Positions 19,160-28,734 of a DNA stretch of 64,000 nucleotides are shown here, one piece after another (position 1 is the first letter of the stretch; each line of letters opens with the position of its first letter). The position numbers were made by a program, and so were the translations under genes. The notes beneath the pieces were generated by a model. That model ran no database searches, was not told where the DNA came from, and was given only the letters and a program-made list of their open reading frames with translations. Source of the stretch: Bacteroidota bacterium (GTDB taxonomy: Bacteria; Bacteroidota; Bacteroidia; SXHM01); assembly GCA_947479755.1 (NCBI GenBank), contig CANKAM010000008.1:37880-101879 (forward strand), read 5' to 3'.

Positions 19160-19906
19160 ATGATACTGAATAAAAAACTGATAGTAGTTTTGCCTGCCTA
19201 TAACGCTGCACTAACTCTGGAAAAAACATACAGCGAAATTCCTTTTGAAGTTGTAGATGATGTGGTATTGGTTGATGATGCCAGCAGTGATAACACCTCT
19301 GAAATTGGCAGCAAATTAGGAATTAAACACATTATCAGACACGAAAAAAATAAAGGCTATGGTGGCAACCAGAAAAGCTGCTACGATAAAGCGCTTGAAC
19401 TGGGTGCCGATATAGTTATCATGCTTCATCCTGATTATCAGTATACGCCTATGCTTATACAACCCATGGCTCATATTATTGCGAGTAATCTCTACCCGGT
19501 TGTATTGGGTTCGCGAATTCTTGGTAAGGGCGCTTTAAAGGGCGGTATGCCACTTTATAAATACATTTTTAACAGGTGTCTTACCCTTACTCAAAATATT
19601 CTGATGGGACAGAAACTTAGTGAGTACCATACCGGATATCGTGCATTTTCAAAAGAAGTACTTACTGCAATTGACTATCATGCAAACAGTGATGATTTTG
19701 TTTTTGATAATCAGATGCTTGCCCAGATATTTTATGCAGATTTTGAGATAGCCGAAGTAACCTGCCCTACCAAGTATTTTGACGAAGCATCATCCATTAA
19801 TTTTAAACGCAGTTCAATCTATGGATTAGGTGTATTGGCAACATCCCTTCAGTATTTTTTGGCAAAAGCAGGCATTATTAAACCGGCCATCTTCAAGAAA
19901 AAATGA
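19160..19906 (+). CDS. GT2 polyprenyl-phosphate glycosyltransferase (GtrB/ArnC/DPM1-like)
   Basis: VVLPAYNAALTLEKT ... VLVDDASSDNT ... MLHPDYQY is the short (248 aa) soluble GT2 form. GT-C-type membrane proteins follow directly. Confidence 0.75.
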   Translation: MILNKKLIVVLPAYNAALTLEKTYSEIPFEVVDDVVLVDDASSDNTSEIGSKLGIKHIIRHEKNKGYGGNQKSCYDKALELGADIVIMLHPDYQYTPMLIQPMAHIIASNLYPVVLGSRILGKGALKGGMPLYKYIFNRCLTLTQNILMGQKLSEYHTGYRAFSKEVLTAIDYHANSDDFVFDNQMLAQIFYADFEIAEVTCPTKYFDEASSINFKRSSIYGLGVLATSLQYFLAKAGIIKPAIFKKK

Positions 19907-21555
19907 TAAGTAAACAACGGGTTGATTATTATTTAATAGCACTGGTTGGTCTATTTCTCACAGTTATTGCATTCAAATGGAACCATCTTAATACTCCCTA
20001 TTTTTGGGATGAAGCATGGGTATATGCTCCCGCAGTTCAAACTATGGATAAAACAGGGCTTAGCCTATTGCCTTCAGGTTTGCCTACTGATCTTTCTAGA
20101 GGGCATCCTCTGTTATTTCATTTTCTGGCAACATTATGGGTTAAAATTTTTGGTACAGACTTTATTTCCGTTCACAGTTTTGCGCTTTTTATTTCTTTAG
20201 TGTTATTGTTGGCAGTCTATAGTTTTGCAAGTTATTTTTTTAGTCCGATTGTAGGTTTTGCATCCGCTTTGCTTCTTGCTGTTCAACCGGTATTTCTTGC
20301 ACAATCATCCTTGCTGTTGCCGGAGATAATGTTAGCGCTATGGACCATTCTCGCTTTCTATGCGTACTTAAGAAATAAAAAAATTGCTTTTGTAGTGCTT
20401 TCGGTATTAATGCTTATGACTAAAGAAAGCGGCCTTGTGTTTCTTGTAGCTTTACTATGTTGGGAGTTGGTTGATTTGATATTGCAATATATCAAGTCGG
20501 GTTCAACTAAAGTTAGTTACATGAAATTTTTATTGCCTGTTATTCCAATAGCTATTGCGTCACTTTTTTTTATAATACAAAAAGTTCAATTCGGATGGTT
20601 CTTCTACCCTACGCATATCAATGAAATTAAATTTTCATTTACGGAAATTTTTGATAAAATCATGTCCTTTTCTTATTTTGTTTTTGAAAGACAAGGTAGG
20701 TATTTATTGATTTTTATGGTTTTAGTTTGTCATTTATTCTATTTTAAATTAATGACATTTTTTGAGAAAATTATTCTGTTTTCAGGGTATGCTTTTTTAT
20801 CAATATCTTTTATTACGGGTAATTTTTTTGCTAATAGTATAGCGTTGGCAGTCATATTTACACTGTTGATTATAATCGTTTTTCGTAAAAATTATTTGGA
20901 TTTTGACAGAAACTACCAATCCTTAAAAATTATAAGCATAATAATAATTTTTGTTAGTGGTTATTTTCTTTTTTCAGCATTGAATGTCTTTTTTATGAGG
21001 TATTTATTTATTGTGTTCCCTTTTGTAATTATTGCTTGTGTTTACTTATTGTACTCATCACTCGAAAATATAAAGTGGATTTTTCTTTTAGTTATTGTTA
21101 TATCATCAATATTTTGCATCAGAGCTGTTAATTATGATGAAGTGGCTCGTGATTACAGTCTCAGTTATCTAAATTCAGTTCATGTTCAGAAAAAAATGAT
21201 AGATTATCTTGTAGAAAATAAATTTCAACACAGTAATATATTTGCAAACTGGCTAACAGTGCAATATCTGATAATACCTTATTCAGGATATATTGATGAT
21301 GATGAGATTTTTCCTCATGCAGATTTTACAGTTACCAATGACATGGAGTATTGTATTTTTACAAATGTTGAAATGAATGTAAATTATGATTCCCTTATTA
21401 TGTATATGAGATTGGAGCCCATAATCACTTTTCAGGAAAACTCAACGTGGATAGATTTATATAAATTTAATGGATTCGATAAAGACACAACAGCACTTGG
21501 ACCGGAAGAACTATCTGTCAGAAATGCCAGAAGATTAAAATACAGAGAACTATGA
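19903..21555 (+). CDS. GT-C fold membrane glycosyltransferase (ArnT/PMT, GT39/GT83-like)
   Basis: The PYFWDEAWVYAP loop follows the first helix. There are about 12 helices plus a soluble C-terminal domain. It is translationally coupled to the upstream GT2 by a 4-nt overlap. Confidence 0.65.
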   Translation: MISKQRVDYYLIALVGLFLTVIAFKWNHLNTPYFWDEAWVYAPAVQTMDKTGLSLLPSGLPTDLSRGHPLLFHFLATLWVKIFGTDFISVHSFALFISLVLLLAVYSFASYFFSPIVGFASALLLAVQPVFLAQSSLLLPEIMLALWTILAFYAYLRNKKIAFVVLSVLMLMTKESGLVFLVALLCWELVDLILQYIKSGSTKVSYMKFLLPVIPIAIASLFFIIQKVQFGWFFYPTHINEIKFSFTEIFDKIMSFSYFVFERQGRYLLIFMVLVCHLFYFKLMTFFEKIILFSGYAFLSISFITGNFFANSIALAVIFTLLIIIVFRKNYLDFDRNYQSLKIISIIIIFVSGYFLFSALNVFFMRYLFIVFPFVIIACVYLLYSSLENIKWIFLLVIVISSIFCIRAVNYDEVARDYSLSYLNSVHVQKKMIDYLVENKFQHSNIFANWLTVQYLIIPYSGYIDDDEIFPHADFTVTNDMEYCIFTNVEMNVNYDSLIMYMRLEPIITFQENSTWIDLYKFNGFDKDTTALGPEELSVRNARRLKYREL

Positions 21556-22991
21556 TGATTGATTGGTTAAGTCGATGCTTATCAGCCATAAAATGGCAGA
21601 TATTTTTCGGGGCTGTCGTTTTTTCTTACCTGTTGTTTCAGTTAATCCTTGCATTCTACAATAACCTTACCGTTGATGATTATGATTTTTTGTCCAAGTT
21701 GCAGGATTATGGTTTCTGGGGATCAATTAAATTGTGGTATTATAGCTGGCAGGGCAGGGTTGGAGCCTATTTTTTTATCAATGTTTTTATTTTATTGAAT
21801 ACTTACCTGAATGCACTGGTAGTATATCATCTATTTTTTCTTATTGTATTTAACGGTAGTCTTTTTTTATTGCTGAAGCAACTGGTTAGAAGGTCGGGAG
21901 CAATTGTAAGTAATATGGAACTCCTTACAGGAGTGTTATTCTTTTATGTGCTTTTTCAGTCATTCACCTTCGATAAAACCTTAGTATTCTGGCTTGATGC
22001 GTCCATCATATATTACCTGAGTATAGCTATTGCACTGTTTGTAAACAGCATTATTTTTTCTGAAAAAAACAATGCTGTTTATTTTGTCTTAGTTGCGTTA
22101 TTAAGCATGCTTGCGTCAACATTTTTAGAAAATTTTTCGCTTTTATTTTTTGCTTTACTTGTTCTAGGATTGACCATTTCAGTTTGTTTTCCATCAACTC
22201 TTTTTTTTCAGGGGACAAAAGCAAAATTCGCTTTCGCAATAATGGGCTGCGTGTTGGGTATTGCTGTGTTGGTTTTGTGTCCGGGACTTGAATTCAGGCA
22301 GGCTTCTTTTGTTCGTCCGGGTATTTTTGGTATTATTAAAATATCGTTGAATTCAAGTTATCATTTTTATAAAATTCTGTTATTACCCGAATTGGGTAAA
22401 ATTATTTTTATGGCTGCACCTTTCATCTATTGGGGAGCAAAACTGAGAGAGCGAAATTTTAAGGATACGGCAAATAATCCTTTGCTAATCTGCGCTGCAT
22501 TATTGTCAATTCTGTTTACACTTATTTACTTCTCGTTTTTAGTAATGGCTTACGGAACGGGTGGTATTGGTCAGCCAAGAACCCTTACACCTGTTGTTTT
22601 TTTGCTTACAGCAACTCTGGGTATTGTTTATTTTATCGTAGGCTATTATGGAAAAATAAGCAAAGGTATTGCAACCATGATGACAGTGGCCGGGTTAAGT
22701 ATTTATTTTATAAATGCTGCTACTGATTATCTTAAAGTGCTACCCGAAAGTATAAAATACTCACAAAGTGAGCGGCAAAGAATGGGGTTGATAGACCGGT
22801 TTGCACTTGAAAACAGAACCGATACTTTGGTGTTGGATACATTATATTATAATAAGCATGTTATTTATCGTTCAAATGAACTGGCTGTTAGCCCAGACCA
22901 AGGTTGGAACAAAACAGTTAAGGAAGCGAAAAAAATAGAATTTGAATTAAGGACAAAATATACTGTCAGTTATACAAATGATGTTGAATAA
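21552..22991 (+). CDS. Polytopic membrane protein, GtrII/DUF6056-like candidate glycan-modifying enzyme
   Basis: It has multiple helices and a YYSWQGRVGAYFF motif reminiscent of GtrII-type proteins. A 4-nt overlap links it to the upstream GT-C gene. Confidence 0.45.
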   Translation: MMIDWLSRCLSAIKWQIFFGAVVFSYLLFQLILAFYNNLTVDDYDFLSKLQDYGFWGSIKLWYYSWQGRVGAYFFINVFILLNTYLNALVVYHLFFLIVFNGSLFLLLKQLVRRSGAIVSNMELLTGVLFFYVLFQSFTFDKTLVFWLDASIIYYLSIAIALFVNSIIFSEKNNAVYFVLVALLSMLASTFLENFSLLFFALLVLGLTISVCFPSTLFFQGTKAKFAFAIMGCVLGIAVLVLCPGLEFRQASFVRPGIFGIIKISLNSSYHFYKILLLPELGKIIFMAAPFIYWGAKLRERNFKDTANNPLLICAALLSILFTLIYFSFLVMAYGTGGIGQPRTLTPVVFLLTATLGIVYFIVGYYGKISKGIATMMTVAGLSIYFINAATDYLKVLPESIKYSQSERQRMGLIDRFALENRTDTLVLDTLYYNKHVIYRSNELAVSPDQGWNKTVKEAKKIEFELRTKYTVSYTNDVE

Positions 22992-23013
22992 CCATGTGAG
23001 ACAGATATAATTC

Positions 23014-24153
23014 ATGAATTTCATTCCGTTCAATAAAGTATATCTTACAGGCAAGGATGTTGAATATGTTCAGGCTGTTTTCAATTCAGGAAAGTTTTCC
23101 GGTGGTGCAGATTTTACTCAAAGGTGTAATGCTTATTTTTTAGCAAAATATTCTTTTAACGAAACACTGTTAACTACCTCCTGTACCGCAGCGCTGGAGA
23201 TGGCAGCCATGCTGATTAATATAAGGCCCGGTGACGAGGTTATTATTCCATCTTACACCTTTGTTTCAACCGCAAATGCTTTTGCTGTGCGCGGAGCCAA
23301 AATTGTATTTATTGATTCCTGTATCGATAATCCAAATATGGATGTCAGTAAACTGGAAGAACTAATAACTGCTAAAACGCGTGCAATCGTTTCGGTGCAT
23401 TATGCAGGTATAGCCTGTGATATGAATAATATTCTGGCAATAGCAAAGAAATACAACTTATTTGTTATTGAAGATGCCGCTCATGCTATTAATGCTTTTT
23501 ATAAGGGTAGGGCTTTAGGCTCTTTAGGACATTTAGGAACTTTTTCGTTTCACGAAACAAAAAACATCACCTCCGGTGAAGGTGGAATGTTAATTGTAAA
23601 CGATCAGGTCTTTTCTGACAGGGCTTCCATACTTATAGATAAAGGAACAAACCGTAGATCATTTTTTGAAGGCAGGACTGATAAATATGAGTGGGTAGAT
23701 ATGGGTTCATCTTATCGTTTGCCTGAGTTATCGGCAGCATTTCTGTTTGCCCAACTTGAGGAGTTGAAGCTTATTCAGAACAAGAGAAATACGATATGGC
23801 AGAAGTATTACGCAGGTTTGAAGGAATTGGAAGATAATGGTCTTATTAATCTGCCCCTTATACCTGAATATGCAAAGCATAATTCCAGCATTTTTTATAT
23901 TGTATGTAAAAATAAACAACAGCGAAATGCTTTAATCCATCAACTTAATCAAAAAGGTATCAGTTCGGCATTTCATTACCAGCCCTTGCATTTAAGTCCG
24001 TATTATACTTCGGTGTCTAGTGACAAAATAAATCTTCCTAATGCTGAAAGATATGGTGAGTGTCTGCTTCGTTTACCTCTTTACCCTGAATTGTTAAATC
24101 AGGATTTGGAGTTTATCATTAAAGAGGTAAACGCAGCTCTTACAGAACTATAG
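23014..24153 (+). CDS. wecE: dTDP-4-amino-4,6-dideoxygalactose transaminase (WecE/RffA type)
   Basis: It matches E. coli WecE over long stretches as I recall it: IPFN..., PGDEVIIPSYTFVSTANAF, RGAKIVF, HYAGIACDM, FSFHETKN, DKGTNR, DKYEWVDMGSSY. Confidence 0.85.
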   Translation: MNFIPFNKVYLTGKDVEYVQAVFNSGKFSGGADFTQRCNAYFLAKYSFNETLLTTSCTAALEMAAMLINIRPGDEVIIPSYTFVSTANAFAVRGAKIVFIDSCIDNPNMDVSKLEELITAKTRAIVSVHYAGIACDMNNILAIAKKYNLFVIEDAAHAINAFYKGRALGSLGHLGTFSFHETKNITSGEGGMLIVNDQVFSDRASILIDKGTNRRSFFEGRTDKYEWVDMGSSYRLPELSAAFLFAQLEELKLIQNKRNTIWQKYYAGLKELEDNGLINLPLIPEYAKHNSSIFYIVCKNKQQRNALIHQLNQKGISSAFHYQPLHLSPYYTSVSSDKINLPNAERYGECLLRLPLYPELLNQDLEFIIKEVNAALTEL

Positions 24154-24903
24154 CTATGTTAGGCTTTTTAATTTTATACGTTGCTCAAGCAACAAATAGT
24201 ATTCTCGTTTTAGTACCAACCCCAGGTTTTTGAAATTATAGGGGAAGGGGCAGACCAAGAAAACAAATGCAATCCAGTGTATTGGATTCATCATGTTTTT
24301 AAACTCATAATGTTTCTTAAGAAACTTAATGAAACTCGTTTCCTTTATTTCACTATATCCTGTTTCATCTTCAAGCATAACAAGTTTAAATGCCGGATGG
24401 GTAATAAGTTTTAAACCTTTTCTTGAGGCTCTTATTGTATATTCCATATCAGATAAATAGTGAGGTAAAATTCGGGGATAAAATCCTCCGATTTTTATAA
24501 AATCCTTACGATGCATTAACAACCCCCTTGTTGTCAGGCAGTTTATGTCTTCTGTTTTTTGAGGAGGGGAAAAGGTTAATTTTCGGTAATTAAAATGACT
24601 GCCTTGTTCAGTTAGTTTTCTTGATTTTTTTCCATAAGCCCCTGCCTGAATTATAGTTCCCGGATTGTCTTTAATTAGGTTTATACCGGTTTGAAGGAAA
24701 TCGGGTTCAAATTCAGTATCGTCATTAATAATTAATATAAATGAAGGGGTGTTGTTTGTTTTTTTCTTTATCCATTTGTATCCTTGATGCAAGGCTCCTC
24801 CCCACCACCAATTTCCTTTACCTGTTATAACTGTAAGGTTTACTATTTCACGTTTTACAAGCTCAGCTGTTCCATCTGTTGACCCGTCATCAATCAATAC
24901 CAA
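24154..24903 (-). CDS. Glycosyltransferase family 2 (start uncertain; conserved N-terminus lies upstream of any ATG/GTG/TTG)
   Basis: LIDDGSTDGT and INDD motifs are present. The frame stays open to 25017 and there encodes IYILLPVHNR, the canonical GT2 N-terminal strand, but no canonical start codon precedes it. Confidence 0.65.
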   Translation of the reverse strand: MVLIDDGSTDGTAELVKREIVNLTVITGKGNWWWGGALHQGYKWIKKKTNNTPSFILIINDDTEFEPDFLQTGINLIKDNPGTIIQAGAYGKKSRKLTEQGSHFNYRKLTFSPPQKTEDINCLTTRGLLMHRKDFIKIGGFYPRILPHYLSDMEYTIRASRKGLKLITHPAFKLVMLEDETGYSEIKETSFIKFLKKHYEFKNMMNPIHWIAFVFLVCPFPYNFKNLGLVLKREYYLLLEQRIKLKSLT

Positions 24904-25007
24904 GTGATAGTTGGTATAACTTTGTTTTTTTAAACATTGGATAAATACACTGGTAATTTTTATCCTGTTGTGAACCGGTAATAATATGTAAATTGTGTTT
25001 TCCAGTT

Positions 25008-25853
25008 TCAGGATGGTTTAAATAGATTTTTTATAAATCTGAATGGTTGTAGTAAAGCATGTCCAAGTTTATAATCCATTGTATTATAAACCCATTTAAT
25101 TGTTTCTTCTTTTTCGCTTTTTAGTTTTTTAATTTCACTGCTTAAAGTCACGGGGTCTGTATGATATTTGGCAAACAGTTCAAGATGGTTTAAGTATAAC
25201 TGCCTGTTCATCGTTTTCATTCTGCCACCCCAGTCTCTTGTGCTTGTTATCGAGTCTTTCCGTACCCTGTTAAAAAAATGTATTTTAGGTATTCTGTAAA
25301 CATCCCGCTCTAATTCTATAATCTTAAGCCAAAAATCCCAATCCTCATAATTGTAATTCATATTTACGCTATATCCGCCAACTTTTTCGCAATCTTTTCT
25401 TCTGAAAAAACCGCTACAGAAAATAAGACATTGCTGAACCATTCTTTCTGTAGTGTATTCGGGGAATTCCCAAATGCCCTGACTATCTCCGAATCGTTCT
25501 GCCATACAATATACAATACCTGCATTAGGGTTCTTGTCCATGTATTCAACAGCTTCTTTAATATAATTTTCACTAATCATATCATCTGAATCGAGCGGAA
25601 GAATATATTCGCCTGAGGAATTTTCTATAGCTGTATTTCGGGCTCCTACCAAGCCCTGATTTTTGGTGTGAATAACTTTTGTTTTAGGCCTATTGTAGTC
25701 AGCTAAATGTTTATTAGTGAATTCGTCTGTTGAGCCATCATTTACAACCACTATTTCAAAATCCTGATAAGTTGATTTTAAAACTGAGTCGATAGTTTCG
25801 TCAATGTATTTTCCCATGTTGTAGCAGGGAACTATAACAGATACTTTAGGCAT
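25008..25853 (-). CDS. Glycosyltransferase family 2
   Basis: VSVIVPCYNMGKYIDETIDSVLKSTYQDFEIVVVNDGSTD and LDSDD are GT2 motifs. Confidence 0.8.
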   Translation of the reverse strand: MPKVSVIVPCYNMGKYIDETIDSVLKSTYQDFEIVVVNDGSTDEFTNKHLADYNRPKTKVIHTKNQGLVGARNTAIENSSGEYILPLDSDDMISENYIKEAVEYMDKNPNAGIVYCMAERFGDSQGIWEFPEYTTERMVQQCLIFCSGFFRRKDCEKVGGYSVNMNYNYEDWDFWLKIIELERDVYRIPKIHFFNRVRKDSITSTRDWGGRMKTMNRQLYLNHLELFAKYHTDPVTLSSEIKKLKSEKEETIKWVYNTMDYKLGHALLQPFRFIKNLFKPS

Positions 25854-25855
25854 GT

Positions 25856-26905
25856 TCAGAATAAGTTTCTTTTAAATTCATAAAGGCATCGATGCAGTAA
25901 TAATTTCCTTTGCTCAAAACTAATAACAGCATTGAAGGATAGGGGTGATGAGTAATATTGAATGAGCATTCGAATACCAAAATTAGCGTTAAATTTTGCT
26001 ATCTCGTACCATTTTGAAGCAAGATAATCTTCAAAATGGCTATTGTAAATTTTATATAGTCTGTTATGATCTGTTAATTTCTTTATCCAATTATTAATGG
26101 CTAGAATATTATTCCATTCAATATTATCAAAAGCAAAACGAATACTTTTATGGAGATCTAATTGCTTTGAATCGGGGAATATATGTAATAGCATGAGTTG
26201 ATTTTTAATTATCAAATCAATGTATTCGTTTATTTTATCCTGACGCAGTTTGCTTATTCCAGAGCTGTGTTCACGGTAATAAACAAGCTCTTCCGGCAGG
26301 TTATAAACTTTGTGATTACGTGCTATTTTTACATATAGCTGATATTCTTCACACGGTGAGTAACCCTTTATAAGTGGTTTATAAAGAATTTCTTTTGCAA
26401 GATGTGTTCGCATCATAACGGATGAGTGTGCAAAGAAATTATTAAATAACAAGATAGCAGGAAAGTATTCTGCTTTTGCATAAAGACAGGTAGGTTTTTC
26501 AGCCGGAACACTATTTTTATTGATTATACGAAATGCTGAGCCCACCATTCCGTAGTCAGTATTATTCTCAAGAAAAGTAACCTGAGTTTCTAGTTTTTTC
26601 GGAAGGAAAACATCATCAGCATCCAAAACAGAGATATATTTTCCCGTTGAATAATGCAATGCTCTGTTTCGGGTATATACAATTCCTTCGTTTTGTTCAT
26701 TATGAAATACCTTTATACGTTCATCACTGAACTTGCCTATTTCGTTTGCAGTGTTATCGGTTGAACAGTCGTTGATAATAATTAATTCCCAATTTTGGAA
26801 TGTTTGATTCATGACACTTTGAATTGCTTCAGCAATATAAGGTGCTGCATTGTAAGCAGCCATGTTAACAGAAACTAAAGGCTCCATAGTCATAGTCGTA
26901 TCCAA
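25856..26905 (-). CDS. Glycosyltransferase family 2
   Basis: VSVNMAAYNAAPYIAEAIQSVMNQTFQNWELIIINDCSTDNT and LDADD are GT2 motifs. Confidence 0.8.
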   Translation of the reverse strand: MDTTMTMEPLVSVNMAAYNAAPYIAEAIQSVMNQTFQNWELIIINDCSTDNTANEIGKFSDERIKVFHNEQNEGIVYTRNRALHYSTGKYISVLDADDVFLPKKLETQVTFLENNTDYGMVGSAFRIINKNSVPAEKPTCLYAKAEYFPAILLFNNFFAHSSVMMRTHLAKEILYKPLIKGYSPCEEYQLYVKIARNHKVYNLPEELVYYREHSSGISKLRQDKINEYIDLIIKNQLMLLHIFPDSKQLDLHKSIRFAFDNIEWNNILAINNWIKKLTDHNRLYKIYNSHFEDYLASKWYEIAKFNANFGIRMLIQYYSSPLSFNAVISFEQRKLLLHRCLYEFKRNLF

Positions 26906-27786
26906 TTTCCAGGTATCAGATCTGTTGTGTCAATTGAATCACCAGCCATCCATTTTTTGGGAGCGATTACTATCTTATCCGGATTTTTGTTTAACCATGC
27001 TCTCCACCAGCTGAATGAACTGTTGGCTATTATATTGTGCTTGCAAAGGCTCATCATGTATAAATCATAAAAATCCTTTTCTGCGGATGTTGCTTTTATA
27101 TAAATTGCTGGATAATTTATTTTTATGTTTTCTTCTACCCAATTTATTTCATCTGAGAAAAAATAAAATGCAGGATTTTCTACTTTATTGCAAATAAACT
27201 CAATAGCATTGTGGTAATATTCGGGAGAGCATAATCCATGATTTTTCAGGTGTTTAGGATTACTCGCATAATCTCCCCTTCTGATATGTACGCTTACCGA
27301 ATTTTGATTAGAAATCTCATTGATAAATGAATAGTTTTTAACGTTAGGTATTTCTTTAAACTGAAAATCATTCAGAAGCACTTTTCTGATAGCATCAAAG
27401 TAGTAGGGGCTTTGCCAATACCCGGTGATGTAAGAGTTAAATGGAGTTTTGAGTACTAATGAGTCGAACTTAAATAACTTACTTTCATAGACTTCTGTTT
27501 TTCCGTAGGGGTTAGGTTTACCTAAAAGTTTGTATTTTGCTTTATCAAAAAGTGAAGGACTGTAGGTTTTTACTTTTTGAATTTCATCTTCACCGGCAAT
27601 TTCCAGCTTTATTCTGAAAATAGCTAACAAATATTCTCGCCACGTAGCATTTGCATTAAATCGTGTTTTATCAAATACACTGAGGTCGAATTTTAGCTTT
27701 GTATTATTGATTATTGAAAGCCGCCTTCCAAGTGCATATTGAAACATCTGGTTCCCCAAACCGCCTTCAAGTCTTACAATAATCAT
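26890..27786 (-). CDS. Alpha-1,2-fucosyltransferase (GT11 family)
   Basis: The MIIVRLEGGLGNQMFQYALGRRL N-terminus, HIRRGDY, and SSFSWW near the C-terminus are the classic GT11 motifs. Confidence 0.85.
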   Translation of the reverse strand: MIIVRLEGGLGNQMFQYALGRRLSIINNTKLKFDLSVFDKTRFNANATWREYLLAIFRIKLEIAGEDEIQKVKTYSPSLFDKAKYKLLGKPNPYGKTEVYESKLFKFDSLVLKTPFNSYITGYWQSPYYFDAIRKVLLNDFQFKEIPNVKNYSFINEISNQNSVSVHIRRGDYASNPKHLKNHGLCSPEYYHNAIEFICNKVENPAFYFFSDEINWVEENIKINYPAIYIKATSAEKDFYDLYMMSLCKHNIIANSSFSWWRAWLNKNPDKIVIAPKKWMAGDSIDTTDLIPGNWIRL

Positions 27787-27791
27787 CTGAA

Positions 27792-28727
27792 TTATTTACG
27801 TGCTTTTAGAATAAAATTATCAGAGTAAACATGATCCATAATAATCTCAAACCCGTTTTCTTTCAGCGTCTTGGTTATTGCTGACGTATCTTCAAAATGA
27901 TTAGTATGATCATCAGTTCCAACAGCAAATTTACGATAGTACCACCATCGGGCAACCCGTTCAAAAATTGAATCTGAAAATAACCTTTTGTATAAGGGTG
28001 TATATTGTGAGCGTTCTGTTTTAGGACGATCCAAGTGGCTGCAAATAACAATGTGTCCTCCAGGTTTCAGAATTCGGTAGGCCTCGCTTATAAATTTAGT
28101 ATAGTCTGCATAGTGGTCAATAGCTGACATGGACAATACCACATCGGCTAAATCATTCTTTAAAGGAAGAAATTCTGCATGGGCCAGAAAATGTTTCATC
28201 TTAAGTTTGGAAAGTTTGGGGTAAAGCCTGATAAACTGGTCATGCAGTTTTCTTAAGTTGGGATCTAAAAGATAATAGTCAACAGTTTCAGGGTAACTAA
28301 ATAAAGTAGAAAGGCAATGTCCGGTACCACCACCTACATCAACTACTTTTACATTTTTCAATTCTGCAAGTCCTGAATATTCGCCAATGTAATTCAGTCC
28401 GTGCATTCCGTTAAGAAGTGTATAGATGGTAAGTGACTTATGGTAATTCAGAAATTGTTCGTTCAGATGTGTCCACTCCTTATCATTTTCTGTTGCCTCG
28501 CTTTTGAAATTTAAAACATCATTTACTACTGAAATATTTTTACCGGTTTCCCTGCATTTAAGATTACCATTTTCATAAACCAAACCTGATTTTCCCCAAG
28601 GCGAGATTAATTCATCAACGTATTCTTCCGGTTTATGTCTTTGTTGATCATAAAGTGTTGCCGGCTCATAAATATTACGCTCTTTTTGGCCTAATTCTAG
28701 TTGCAGTTTCAGAAATTGTTCGCTCAT
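27792..28727 (-). CDS. Class I SAM-dependent methyltransferase
   Basis: VVDVGGGTGH (motif I) and LKPGGHIVI (post-II) are present, along with an N-terminal ~90-aa extra domain. Confidence 0.7.
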   Translation of the reverse strand: MSEQFLKLQLELGQKERNIYEPATLYDQQRHKPEEYVDELISPWGKSGLVYENGNLKCRETGKNISVVNDVLNFKSEATENDKEWTHLNEQFLNYHKSLTIYTLLNGMHGLNYIGEYSGLAELKNVKVVDVGGGTGHCLSTLFSYPETVDYYLLDPNLRKLHDQFIRLYPKLSKLKMKHFLAHAEFLPLKNDLADVVLSMSAIDHYADYTKFISEAYRILKPGGHIVICSHLDRPKTERSQYTPLYKRLFSDSIFERVARWWYYRKFAVGTDDHTNHFEDTSAITKTLKENGFEIIMDHVYSDNFILKARK

Positions 28728-28734
28728 TTTTTAA

